Positions 29,352 through 39,504 of a stretch of DNA of 64,000 bases are shown piece after piece (positions within the stretch are counted from its first letter, which is position 1; the number at the start of each line of letters is the position of its first letter). The position numbers were made by a program, and so were the translations under genes. Under the pieces are notes generated by a model, which saw only the letters and a list, made by a program, of their open reading frames with translations, made no database searches and was not told where the DNA came from. Source of the DNA: an uncultured delta proteobacterium (GTDB lineage Bacteria > Desulfobacterota > Binatia > Binatales > Binataceae); contig CAWCDG010000005.1 in NCBI GenBank assembly GCA_963794325.1, positions 160,001-224,000 on the forward strand. Reading direction: 5' to 3'.

Positions 29352-32300
29352 GTGGCCACAAACCATCAGCCAGAGAATGGTTCGCCGCCAAATCCCTTGT
29401 GGTACAAGGACGCCATCTTCTATGAATTGCGCGTCCGCTCATTTTACGACAGCAATGCTGACGGAGTCGGCGACTTCCCCGGTCTGACTGCGAAGCTCGA
29501 CTACCTCCATTCGTTGGGCGTCACCACGCTCTGGCTGCTTCCCTTTTATCCTTCGCCGATGCGCGACGACGGATACGATATTTCCGACTATATCAACATC
29601 CATCCTTCGTGCGGGACGTTGCGCGACTTCAAGATATTCGTTCGCGAGGCCCATCGCCGCGATCTCAAGATAGTCACTGAGTTAGTATTGAATCATACTT
29701 CGGATAAGCATGAATGGTTTCAACGCGCGCGCCGTTCACCCGCCGGAAGTATATTTCGCGATTACTACATCTGGAGCGACACGCCCGAGCGCTACAAGGA
29801 TGCGCGAATAATCTTTCAGGACTTCGAGCCGTCCAACTGGTCATGGGATCCGGTTGCCAAGGCGTACTACTTCCATCGCTTTTACGCTCATCAGCCGGAT
29901 TTGAACTATGACAATCCCGCGGTCATCCGGGAAATTCGGCGAGTGATTTCGTTCTGGCTGGGTCTCGGCGTCGACGGCCTCCGCCTCGACGCGGTTCCTT
30001 ACCTCTTCAAGCGCGAAGGAACCAATTGCGAGAATCTGCCCGAAACGCACGCATTCCTGCGTGAATTGAGATCTTACATCGACTCGAAATTCCCCAATCG
30101 CATGTTGCTGGCCGAGGCAAACCAATGGCCCGAAGACGCGGTCGCGTATCTGGCGGAAGGCAAGGAATGCAACATGGCGTTCCACTTTCCGTTGATGCCC
30201 CGGATGTTCATGGCGGTGCGAATGGAGGACCGATTCCCGCTCACCGACATCTGGGCGCAAACCCCGGAGATCGATCCTGCATGCCAGTGGGCACTCTTTC
30301 TGCGTAATCACGACGAGCTGACGCTCGAAATGGTTACTGACGAGGAGCGCGACTACATGTATCGCGCTTATGCGCAGGACGCGCGAATGAGAGTCAATCT
30401 GGGTATTCGCCGGCGGCTCGCGCCACTGCTCGGCAATCATCGACGTACTATTGAACTGAATAATGCTTTGCTGTGTTCATTGCCGGGGACGCCGGTCATT
30501 TACTACGGCGATGAAATCGGAATGGGCGACAATGTGTACCTCGGCGATCGCGATGGAGTGCGTACTCCGATGCAATGGAGCGCGGACCGCAACGCCGGAT
30601 TTTCCGCGGCCAATCCGCAGCGGCTGATCCTGCCTGTGATCATCGATCCCGAGTACCACTACCAAAGCGTCAACGTTGAGGCCCACGAGAGCAATCGCCA
30701 TTCGCTGCTGTGGTGGATGCGTCGTCTGCTCGCGCTGCGCAAACAGGTCAAAGCATTCGGCCGCGGCACGATGGAATTTCTGAGCCCTGAAAATTCACAT
30801 GTGCTGGCCTTCATCCGCGCCTACGAGGACGAAAAGATACTGGTAGTCGCCAATCTCTCGCGATTCGTCCAATACGTCGAGCTCGATCTCGCAAAGTTCA
30901 AGGGAACGACACCGGTCGAGTTGTTCGGCCGCACGCCTTTCCCGCCAATCGGAGATCTGCCTTATCTGCTCACGCTCGGGCCGCATGGTTTCTTCTGGTT
31001 CTCTATTGAGCAGCCTAAGACCGCTGACGCCGCCGACCGAACTGAATACGAAATTCCGCGCCTCGAGATGAATGCGAGCTTCGACGGCTTCATGCGCGGT
31101 GAAACCCGGCAACACCTAGAACGCCTCTTGCCCGCTTACTTGCGGCATTGCCGGTGGTTTCGCTCGAAGTCCCGACCGATAACTGCGGTCCGAATCGCCG
31201 AGACGATTCCGATGGCGGAGGGGCCAGCCGTCCCGCACCTTACTCTCTTGAACGTCGAATACACGAACAGCGAGCCGGAGACTTACCTGTTGCCATTGGC
31301 CATCGCCACCGGCGATCGAGCGCGCGAGGTGCGGTCGCGATGGCCGCAGCAAGTCATCGCCGAAGTGACAAGCTCGCGACGCAACGGCGACGGCGAGGGA
31401 ATCCTGTTTGATGCGGCAGTCGATCCGGATTTTCTGAGCACGCTGCTCGAGATAATCGCGCGGCGCCGGCGTCATCGCGGCCCGGTGGGCGAGCTCGTGC
31501 CGGGAATCACCCAGGCATTTCATCAGTTGCGCGGCGATCCCGAAACGCCGCTCGAACCGCGCGTTTTGAAGACAGAGCAGAGCAACAGCTCGATCGCTTA
31601 CGGTGACCGCTTCATCATCAAGCTTTTTCGATGCATCGAAGATGGTTTGAATCCCGACCTCGAGATCGGACGCTTCCTGACCACCCATGCGCTGTTGTCT
31701 CACGTCCCGCCGCTGGCGGGATGGATTGACTACAGCACCGGAAACGGCGAGCGAAAGAATCTCGCTGTGCTCCAGGGCTTCGTGCCCAATGAAGGCGACG
31801 CGTGGCAATTCACGCTCGGCGAATTGCATCGCTATCTCGAGAACGCAGCCACCAGGTCGGAGCTGCCGCCCTCCACCGACAAGACTCTCTACGAGTTACT
31901 GACGGTGAATGAGCCTGATCCGCTTGCGGCCGAGCTGATTAGTCACTATCTCGGTTCGGCGCGATTGATGGGCAAGCGTCTCGCGGAACTTCATCACGCG
32001 CTTACTTCCACAACCGATGATCCGGAATTCGCGCCGGAGCCCTACTCGACGCTCTACCAGCGCTCGACTTTTCAATCGATGCAGAATCTCCTCGCGCGAG
32101 TGATGCGCCTGCTCAACAGCCGCGCGTCGATCGTTCCGAAAGAGCTGCGCGAGCAGGCGCAACTGATCTCCTCGCATCAGCGCGACATCGTTGCGCGATT
32201 CGATGCATTCCTTCGCTGCCGCCTGACGATCGATCGGATGCGTATTCACGGCGACTTGCATTTAGGCCAGCTTCTGTACACCGGGCGCGACTTTGCGATT

Positions 32301-32762
32301 ATCGATTTCGAGGGCGAGCCGGCGCGTCCGCTGAGCGAGCGCCGTCTCAAGCGCGCCGGATTGAGAGACGTGGCCGGGATGTTGCGATCGTTTCACTACG
32401 CCGCGCTCACCTCCACAATCGAAGCCCTGAGAATCGGAGCTCTGGGCAAGTTCGATTTTGCCCACATGAAACCGTGGGCCGACTTTTGGCGGAACTGGTC
32501 TTCGTGGGCATTCATGAAAGGCTACCTGGAAGGTGGCGGCCACGCTTCGTTCATGCCGAAAAGCGATAGTGAACTCAGAATCGTGCTCGACGCCTTCGTG
32601 ATGGACAAGGCGATTTACGAACTTGGCTACGAACTAAACAACCGCCCCGACTGGCTATTGATCCCATTACTCAGTCTTGGCCAATTGCTTGGCATCGAAA
32701 GTACTAATACGCAAAACCTGATCTTCCCCAATCCTGGTATCCATGAAAGTCCGCGAGCATGA
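29352..32762 (+). CDS. treS: Trehalose synthase fused to maltokinase (TreS-Mak)
   Basis: WYKDAIFYE, NHTSD, RLDAVPYL, EANQWP, RNHDELTLE; C-terminal EQSNSS, IHGDLHLGQ, DFEGEP, DVAGMLRSFHY. Confidence 0.95.
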   Translation: MATNHQPENGSPPNPLWYKDAIFYELRVRSFYDSNADGVGDFPGLTAKLDYLHSLGVTTLWLLPFYPSPMRDDGYDISDYINIHPSCGTLRDFKIFVREAHRRDLKIVTELVLNHTSDKHEWFQRARRSPAGSIFRDYYIWSDTPERYKDARIIFQDFEPSNWSWDPVAKAYYFHRFYAHQPDLNYDNPAVIREIRRVISFWLGLGVDGLRLDAVPYLFKREGTNCENLPETHAFLRELRSYIDSKFPNRMLLAEANQWPEDAVAYLAEGKECNMAFHFPLMPRMFMAVRMEDRFPLTDIWAQTPEIDPACQWALFLRNHDELTLEMVTDEERDYMYRAYAQDARMRVNLGIRRRLAPLLGNHRRTIELNNALLCSLPGTPVIYYGDEIGMGDNVYLGDRDGVRTPMQWSADRNAGFSAANPQRLILPVIIDPEYHYQSVNVEAHESNRHSLLWWMRRLLALRKQVKAFGRGTMEFLSPENSHVLAFIRAYEDEKILVVANLSRFVQYVELDLAKFKGTTPVELFGRTPFPPIGDLPYLLTLGPHGFFWFSIEQPKTADAADRTEYEIPRLEMNASFDGFMRGETRQHLERLLPAYLRHCRWFRSKSRPITAVRIAETIPMAEGPAVPHLTLLNVEYTNSEPETYLLPLAIATGDRAREVRSRWPQQVIAEVTSSRRNGDGEGILFDAAVDPDFLSTLLEIIARRRRHRGPVGELVPGITQAFHQLRGDPETPLEPRVLKTEQSNSSIAYGDRFIIKLFRCIEDGLNPDLEIGRFLTTHALLSHVPPLAGWIDYSTGNGERKNLAVLQGFVPNEGDAWQFTLGELHRYLENAATRSELPPSTDKTLYELLTVNEPDPLAAELISHYLGSARLMGKRLAELHHALTSTTDDPEFAPEPYSTLYQRSTFQSMQNLLARVMRLLNSRASIVPKELREQAQLISSHQRDIVARFDAFLRCRLTIDRMRIHGDLHLGQLLYTGRDFAIIDFEGEPARPLSERRLKRAGLRDVAGMLRSFHYAALTSTIEALRIGALGKFDFAHMKPWADFWRNWSSWAFMKGYLEGGGHASFMPKSDSELRIVLDAFVMDKAIYELGYELNNRPDWLLIPLLSLGQLLGIESTNTQNLIFPNPGIHESPRA

Positions 32763-34983
32763 CGAGCAGATCGCGAAATCCGGCGACTCGGCGGTCTCCA
32801 ATATTCCAGCCGGCGAACTGAAGCGACTACTGGCCCTCAGGCATCACGACCCGCATTCGATCCTCGGCGCGCATCCGACAGTCCGCGGCGTGACTGTGCG
32901 CGCGTATCGTCCCGACGCTCAGAAAATATTCCTGCTGGTTGACGATGAGCCCCCGCGCGAGATGCTCAAGCGGCCGGAACCCGGCCTGTTCGAAATACTG
33001 GTATCCGGCCGGAGCCAGGTGTTCCCGTATCAGCTGAAGGTTCACTACTCCGGCGATCTTGCCGTGACGATCCGCGAGCCCTACCCATTTCCGCCGACGT
33101 TGGGCGAGCTCGATCTGTACTTATGGGCCGAGCAAAAACACGAGAGGATCTGGGAAAAGCTGGGCGCTCACGTTCGCGAGCTCGAAGGCGTACAGGGGAC
33201 ATCGTTCGCAGTGTGGGCGCCTGATGCGGATGGCGTCAGTGTTGTCGGCGATTTCAATGGCTGGGACGGCCGCCTCGACATGATGCGGATGCTCGCCAAC
33301 TCCGGCGTCTGGGAAATATTCGTTCCCGATCTCATGGCCGGCACGAAATACAAATATGAGATCCGTACCAAAGCCGGTGGACTGACTATTAAGGCCGACC
33401 CATTCGCATTCGCAACTGAATGCCCACCCGCGACTGCGTCGAGGGTATATCATTCCGATTACTCATTTGATGACGCCGCCTGGATGACCGAGCGCAACAA
33501 CCGGGATCCGCTGCGCAAACCGGCCGTCGTATATGAGATGCATCTCGGCTCGTGGCGCCGCGTCCCCGAAGAAGGCAACCGACCGCTTACGTATCGCGAA
33601 CTCGCTTCGCAACTCGTCGAGTACCTGGTCGACGTCGGCTTCACTCACGTCGAATTTCTTCCCGTCATGGAGCATCCGTTCACCGGTTCCTGGGGATATG
33701 AGACGACCGGCTACTATGCCCCGACTGCCCGTTACGGATCGCCCGACGACTTCCGTTACCTGATCGATCGCCTGCATCAAAATGGTATCGGCGTGATTCT
33801 CGACTGGACCCCCGCTCATTTTCCCACCGACGCATTCGGGCTCGGGCGCTTCGATGGCAGCGCACTCTACGAGCACATGGATCCGCGCCAGGGATTCCAT
33901 CCGGAATGGAACACTTACATTTTCAATTTTGGCCGCAACGAAGTGCGGAGTTTTCTGCTCGGCAGCGCGAGGTACTGGATCGAAGAATTTCATGCCGATG
34001 GGATTCGCGTCGACGCCGTCTCGTCGATGCTCTACCTCGACTACGGACGCAAAACCGGCGAGTGGGTTCCAAATGTTCACGGCGGCAACGAAAATCTCGA
34101 GGCCATTTCATTTCTCAAAGAGCTGAATCTGCAGGTCTACGCTCGCCATACCGGCGTGATGATGATCGCCGAGGAGTCCACGTCATGGCCCGCGGTCAGC
34201 CGTCCGGTGTATGTCGGCGGTCTTGGTTTCGGTTTCAAGTGGGACATGGGATGGATGCATGACACGCTCGACTATTTCAGTAAGGAGCCGATCTACCGCC
34301 GATTTCATCACCGCGATCTGACGTTCGGATTTGTTTACGCGTGGTCCGAAAATTTCATGCTGCCGCTGTCCCACGACGAGGTCGTTTACGGCAAGCGCTC
34401 GCTGCTCGACAAGATGCCGGGCGATCGATGGCAGAAGTTTGCCAACTTGCGCGCCCTGTTCGGCTACATGTGGGCGCATCCTGGAAAAAAGATTCTCTTC
34501 ATGGGTGGCGAGTTCGGCCAATGGCGAGAATGGAATCATGACACCAGCCTCGATTGGAATCTGCTCGACGAGCCTGACCATCGCGGCTTGCAGAACCTGG
34601 TTCGCGATCTCAATCGCATCTATCGCGCCGAGCCGGCGCTGTGGGAAGCCGATCATCAACCCGCGGGTTTCCAATGGATCGACGCCAACAATTCCGACGA
34701 GGACGTGATCGCCTTCATGCGTATCGCGCCGTCGAGCGGCCGCAGAGTGATTTGCGTATGTAACTTCGCACCGGTCGTGCGCACCGGATATCGCGTCGGC
34801 GTTCCCGCGTCCGGCGTATATCGCGAAATTCTGAACAGCGATTCGACCCTGTACGGTGGAAGCAATCAGGGCAACGCTGGTGCAGTCACCGCGGAACAAT
34901 TTCCGTGGCATGGCCTTCCCCATTCTCTGTCACTCCACCTGCCGCCGCTCGGGACTGTATGGTTCGAGGTCCCCGCGCCGTAA
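32743..34983 (+). CDS. glgB: 1,4-alpha-glucan branching enzyme
   Basis: FAVWAP, YEMHLGSW, SWGY, RVDAVSSMLY, AEEST, LSHDEVV. Confidence 0.96.
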   Translation: MKVREHDEQIAKSGDSAVSNIPAGELKRLLALRHHDPHSILGAHPTVRGVTVRAYRPDAQKIFLLVDDEPPREMLKRPEPGLFEILVSGRSQVFPYQLKVHYSGDLAVTIREPYPFPPTLGELDLYLWAEQKHERIWEKLGAHVRELEGVQGTSFAVWAPDADGVSVVGDFNGWDGRLDMMRMLANSGVWEIFVPDLMAGTKYKYEIRTKAGGLTIKADPFAFATECPPATASRVYHSDYSFDDAAWMTERNNRDPLRKPAVVYEMHLGSWRRVPEEGNRPLTYRELASQLVEYLVDVGFTHVEFLPVMEHPFTGSWGYETTGYYAPTARYGSPDDFRYLIDRLHQNGIGVILDWTPAHFPTDAFGLGRFDGSALYEHMDPRQGFHPEWNTYIFNFGRNEVRSFLLGSARYWIEEFHADGIRVDAVSSMLYLDYGRKTGEWVPNVHGGNENLEAISFLKELNLQVYARHTGVMMIAEESTSWPAVSRPVYVGGLGFGFKWDMGWMHDTLDYFSKEPIYRRFHHRDLTFGFVYAWSENFMLPLSHDEVVYGKRSLLDKMPGDRWQKFANLRALFGYMWAHPGKKILFMGGEFGQWREWNHDTSLDWNLLDEPDHRGLQNLVRDLNRIYRAEPALWEADHQPAGFQWIDANNSDEDVIAFMRIAPSSGRRVICVCNFAPVVRTGYRVGVPASGVYREILNSDSTLYGGSNQGNAGAVTAEQFPWHGLPHSLSLHLPPLGTVWFEVPAP

Positions 34984-35070
34984 CCGGATCTTTCGCGGTT
35001 ACGTCTACACAGCAGTGACTGTGTGGGAGGGTGTGTGTTGCGGCTACATCAAATTCGCGAGCGACGAGAC

Positions 35071-35535
35071 TTGCGCACGTTTGTGCTAGCGATGGTTGCA
35101 GTTCTGAGCGTATGGGCGATGCCCACCGCATCCGCCTTCGCCACTTTTTCGCCTTCGTTCGGCTACCACCCCACAAGCACCAAAGTTGATTCGCCGATCC
35201 AATTGGCTCAAGCAGATACTCCGCCGGGCATCGGCAGCCTCAATGACTACATGCATCAGCAGGGTGATGGATCTTCGACCTCAGCGGTTCCGCCGCCGGC
35301 ATACTCTCCGCGGCCCATCCCGCCGCAGAACTACTACCCTCAGGGCGCGCCATCGCAGGAATGGAACTACGGTTACGCTGACCCGAACGCGCAACGCTCG
35401 GCGCTGATCGGCGCCGCGGTCGTCGGTGCTCTAGCCGTTGGACTATGGGCGTGGCAGCAACACGAGATACGGCAGCAGAGTCAGCGATATGTTCCCGCAC
35501 GCAGACGAAATAACCGTCGGCCTGCCATCGAATAG
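35071..35535 (+). CDS. Hypothetical exported/membrane protein
   Basis: Signal peptide from TTG 35071, Pro-rich middle, C-terminal TM segment with basic tail. Confidence 0.55.
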   Translation: MRTFVLAMVAVLSVWAMPTASAFATFSPSFGYHPTSTKVDSPIQLAQADTPPGIGSLNDYMHQQGDGSSTSAVPPPAYSPRPIPPQNYYPQGAPSQEWNYGYADPNAQRSALIGAAVVGALAVGLWAWQQHEIRQQSQRYVPARRRNNRRPAIE

Positions 35536-36597
35536 TTAGGCAGCATCGCCGCGCGGCTCGATCCGCCGACCTGTCGACAGATCGAAAAGATGCACGCGCG
35601 CTGGATCAAAATACAGTTTCAGATGCGCACCGACTTCGACCCTTCGCGGCAATTCCGCACGAATCGAACTGTTTCCAAGCTTCGCGTATACGATGTAAGT
35701 CGCGCCTGAGAATTCCACGCTCTCGACGATGACCTCGATCGCAGTGCTGCCCTCGCCTTCTTCCAAACGCAGATCATTCGGCCGAATTCCGACCTTGATT
35801 CGCGCGGGACTGCCTTCCGGCGGCTTGATTTTGAAATCGATGCCGTCGACCGTTAGACTTCCGGTAGCTGCCGTCTCCGCAACAAAGAAGTTCATCGGCG
35901 GATTGCCGACGAACGACGCCACGAACTCGCTCTGCGGACGATCGAAAACCTCCTGAGGTACTCCGACCTGCTCGACTCTTCCTTGGCGCATCACGACCAG
36001 GCGGTCCGCGAGCGCGAGCGCTTCGACCTGATCGTGCGTCACGTAAACGAACGTGCGTCCAGTTCGGCGCTGGAACGTTTTCAGCTCGATCCGCAACGAC
36101 GCACGCAATTGCGCGTCGAGGCTCGCGAGCGCCTCGTCCATCAGGATAATGTTCGGCTCGCGCACCAGCGCTCGAGCAAGCGCGACGCGCTGTCGCTCGC
36201 CACCTGATAGCTCTCGCGGAAAACGCTTGAGATCGACGGTGAGTCCAGCTTTTGCAGCGCTCGTTTTGACGCGCCGTTCCGTTTCGTCGCGCGCGACGTG
36301 CCGGAGCTTCAATGGAAACGCAATGTTCTGAAACACCGTCATGTGCGGATAGAGCGCGAAATTCTGAAACACCATCGCAATCGACTCGCGATGCGTCGTG
36401 TTCGATCCCCCGATTTGAATCTCGCCGCTGTCGGGATATTCAAGGCCCGCAATCATCCGAAGCAAGGTGGTTTTTCCACACCCCGAAGGGCCGAGCAGCA
36501 CCACGAATTCTCCGCTCCGCACCGACAGAGAAACATCAAAAACGCCTCCGCCAGAAGGGAAACTGCGCGTCAGGTTGCGAACCACGAGGTCAGCCAT
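35536..36597 (-). CDS. Sugar ABC importer ATPase (MalK-like)
   Basis: GPSGCGKT, FQNFALYPHM, LSGGERQR, YVTHDQ, TOBE-like C-terminus. Confidence 0.92.
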   Translation of the reverse strand: MADLVVRNLTRSFPSGGGVFDVSLSVRSGEFVVLLGPSGCGKTTLLRMIAGLEYPDSGEIQIGGSNTTHRESIAMVFQNFALYPHMTVFQNIAFPLKLRHVARDETERRVKTSAAKAGLTVDLKRFPRELSGGERQRVALARALVREPNIILMDEALASLDAQLRASLRIELKTFQRRTGRTFVYVTHDQVEALALADRLVVMRQGRVEQVGVPQEVFDRPQSEFVASFVGNPPMNFFVAETAATGSLTVDGIDFKIKPPEGSPARIKVGIRPNDLRLEEGEGSTAIEVIVESVEFSGATYIVYAKLGNSSIRAELPRRVEVGAHLKLYFDPARVHLFDLSTGRRIEPRGDAA

Positions 36598-36605
36598 GAC
36601 GCGCC

Positions 36606-37445
36606 TTATCGCGAACTCCCCGCGGTCAAAGCTCCCCGCAACGACGGTCCCAGCGCGACCACCACGCAGATGGCCGGGATCATCATCAAAAGCGCAAGCG
36701 CACTTGCGGGGCCAACGTTACCGAACACGGTGTAGTAATAGAGCAGCGGCGGAAGCGTGCGATTTGTCTGCTGCACGAGCAGCGCAAATCCAAATTCATC
36801 CCAGCTTAAGATGAAGCACAGGATCAGCGCCGTCGCGATCGACGCGCGCGCCATCGGTAGATCGATTGTCAGAAATATTCGCAACGGAGATGCGCCGTCG
36901 ATCCACGCCGCTTCTTCGATCTCCAGCGGAATCGCGACGAACGCCGCGTACATCGTCAGTGCAGCCGTTGGAATCGCAATCGCGGCGTGAACAATGGCCA
37001 GCCCGATTCCAGTTGGCGAATCGTAAATTCCAACTGTCGCCAGAATCATCCCGAGCGGAATCGCCACGGCGATCATCGGCAACAGCCGGATGCCCGATAC
37101 CGTGGAAAAACCGACGCGCTGAGCTATCGAGCTGCGCGCCATCGCGTGCGCGAGCATCGCACCCAGCAGAGTTGCAATTGCGGCCGATATCAGTGCGACG
37201 CTCAGGCTTCTCAACACCGCGCTGCGAAGTTCGTTGACCCCAAACACGCTGATGAAATGCGAGAGCGTCAGATGATGCGGCACCCAATGCGGCGGCCAAG
37301 CAAAGGTCTCGAGCTCCGGAGTCACCGATTGCTTGGCGAGAAGGTAGAGCGGCACCGCGGCGCCCACAATGACGAACGCGTTTAAGGCAAAGCGCGCGGC
37401 CCGCAGACTCCGATCGGCGGTATCGCTTTTCATTCGAGGGTTCAC
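36606..37445 (-). CDS. Carbohydrate ABC permease
   Basis: EAA loop IEEAAWIDGAS; SWDEF. Confidence 0.9.
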   Translation of the reverse strand: MNPRMKSDTADRSLRAARFALNAFVIVGAAVPLYLLAKQSVTPELETFAWPPHWVPHHLTLSHFISVFGVNELRSAVLRSLSVALISAAIATLLGAMLAHAMARSSIAQRVGFSTVSGIRLLPMIAVAIPLGMILATVGIYDSPTGIGLAIVHAAIAIPTAALTMYAAFVAIPLEIEEAAWIDGASPLRIFLTIDLPMARASIATALILCFILSWDEFGFALLVQQTNRTLPPLLYYYTVFGNVGPASALALLMMIPAICVVVALGPSLRGALTAGSSR

Positions 37446-38293
37446 GTCAGCGCTCCGTCGTCGCGCGAGAATCGGCGCGCCGTAATGAAGCCGCAGATTC
37501 CGATCATGGTGACCATCAATGCCAGGATCATGGACGCCGCCATAGCTTCGTGCGGTTTCTGCGCGTCATCCCACAAGCTGTACGAATAGGTCGACAGCAC
37601 CGGAACACCCTCTGGCCCAGTGAGTACAAGCACCGTCGAGAAAATCCTCAGCGCGTCGATGCCGCGCAGGATCAATGCGCCGACGATTGCCGGCATCAGC
37701 ATCGGAATCGTCACGAACCTGAAAGTGGCGAACGTTCCGGCGCCGTCGAGCCGCGCGGCTTCGTAGAGTTCGGCAGGGATCGTTTGCAGACCCGCCATCA
37801 ACATCAGCATCACGATCGGGGTTACGTGCCACGCGTCAACCACGATCACCGTGAGCATCGCGAGCGGGCTGCGCGGGCTGAGCCATGGCAGCGGATGCAT
37901 CCCCGCCATCGCAATCGCGCCGTTCAAGTATCCGCGCGGGATGAAGATATAGCGCGCGAGTGTGAGGATAACGATCTCGGGAATCGCAAACGGCAGTATC
38001 GCCGCAGTCTCGATTATTGCGGACCGGCTGCGGCGCGCGGTAAGCGTCAATGCCAGCGCGAGTCCGAGCACAAATTCGACGATGACGCTTCCGAACGGTA
38101 CCAGCAGATTGTTCGCGAGCGCTCGCCAGAACATCGAATCGTCGAAGATAATTTTGTAGTTGGCGAGCGAGGGACCATTGTGATCGAAGGAAAGAACGAG
38201 GCCGTTCAACGCGGGCAATACCAGCATCGCGAACATGAAAATGCACGGCAGCACCACAAAGATCGTGCGGAGCCTCTTTGAGGCGGCATTCAC
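37442..38293 (-). CDS. Carbohydrate ABC permease
   Basis: AGLQTIPAELYEAARLDGA; GTG start overlaps the binding-protein stop. Confidence 0.9.
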   Translation of the reverse strand: MNAASKRLRTIFVVLPCIFMFAMLVLPALNGLVLSFDHNGPSLANYKIIFDDSMFWRALANNLLVPFGSVIVEFVLGLALALTLTARRSRSAIIETAAILPFAIPEIVILTLARYIFIPRGYLNGAIAMAGMHPLPWLSPRSPLAMLTVIVVDAWHVTPIVMLMLMAGLQTIPAELYEAARLDGAGTFATFRFVTIPMLMPAIVGALILRGIDALRIFSTVLVLTGPEGVPVLSTYSYSLWDDAQKPHEAMAASMILALMVTMIGICGFITARRFSRDDGALT

Positions 38294-39486
38294 AACGGAG
38301 ACCCTGGAGCGGCATTTGCGCAGTCGCACCGGTCGTGCACATTGGAGATGCTCGACGCGATCGCGGACGCCGGCTGGACGTCATCGAATAGCACCGCGCG
38401 AATCGTACGCCGCCACTGGTCGCTGAGGTCGGCGTAGCAATCGACCGTCGGACGCGCTCGCACAAAAGGTTGCATCGCGGTGTAGCCCGCATAGAGTTGC
38501 GCGTCTTCACTACCCGGCGCCGGCGGCACACTCCCATACCAGTCGAGCTCGCGGCTCAGCTTCGACTGCGTATCAGCCGTCAGCAGGTACTCAATGAATT
38601 CCGCGGCGAGCTGCGGATGCGGCGCGGAATTCGGAATCGCCAAATAGCCGCCGCCGAGAACAGTTGCTCTGCCGTCGGGCCCTGCCGGAATCGGCGCGCT
38701 GAGATTCACGTTGGGGGCCAGCCCTTTCGCGTGCAGATAGCCCATCGCGAACGGCCAGTTGAAATGAATCCAGACCGCACCGCGAGCCTGCGCTTCGAGT
38801 ACCGACATCTCGCGAAACACCGCGGACTCGTCGTTCAGATCGGGCGCGAGTTGCCGCAGAAAGTCGAGCGCCCGGATCGAACCGGGCGAATCTGGCGCGC
38901 ATTCGTTACCGCCTGCCGTCCACACGAACGGCATCACGTCGCAAATCGCGCCTTCGTAGCGCGCGCCCTTCAGCGCTAGCTTGCCCGGATGCTCGCGCGC
39001 GAAACGCTCGAGTTCGTTCCAGGTCGCAGGCGGATTCGGGACCTCGATTCGATTGTAGATCATCGCCTGCCACATCAACCGATGCGGAACAAAGTAGAGC
39101 TGCCGATCGATCGTCGCCGCATCCCACGCTTCTTTTGAAAACAACGATCGCGCGGTCGGCGACACCAACTTGTCCAGCGGTTGCGCATAGGTATGCGCCT
39201 CGCCCAGCATCGCCAGATCGAGTTCGATAAGGTCGAGCGATCCACGACTCCCCGCCTGCACCCGCATCGCCTGCAGTATGTCGGAGTAAGTCTGTGCCAG
39301 CACTTTCACCCGCACGTGATGCTGCGATTCGAATTCTTTTACGAACTCGCCATATCGTGCGGCTTCATCGGGGAAGACTGCGAGCGCAATATTGAGTTGG
39401 TCAGGCGCCGGCGAGGTGCGGCATCCGCCAAGGAGCATCGCAAGCACCAGGGCCAGAAGTCGCGTCGATGTGCTCACGAGATACAT
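38290..39486 (-). CDS. Sugar ABC solute-binding lipoprotein
   Basis: Lipobox-like LLGGC, PATWNEL, FNWP, TVLGGGYLAI. Confidence 0.85.
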   Translation of the reverse strand: MYLVSTSTRLLALVLAMLLGGCRTSPAPDQLNIALAVFPDEAARYGEFVKEFESQHHVRVKVLAQTYSDILQAMRVQAGSRGSLDLIELDLAMLGEAHTYAQPLDKLVSPTARSLFSKEAWDAATIDRQLYFVPHRLMWQAMIYNRIEVPNPPATWNELERFAREHPGKLALKGARYEGAICDVMPFVWTAGGNECAPDSPGSIRALDFLRQLAPDLNDESAVFREMSVLEAQARGAVWIHFNWPFAMGYLHAKGLAPNVNLSAPIPAGPDGRATVLGGGYLAIPNSAPHPQLAAEFIEYLLTADTQSKLSRELDWYGSVPPAPGSEDAQLYAGYTAMQPFVRARPTVDCYADLSDQWRRTIRAVLFDDVQPASAIASSISNVHDRCDCANAAPGSPL

Positions 39487-39504
39487 CAGTTCGCATCGGT
39501 TCGA

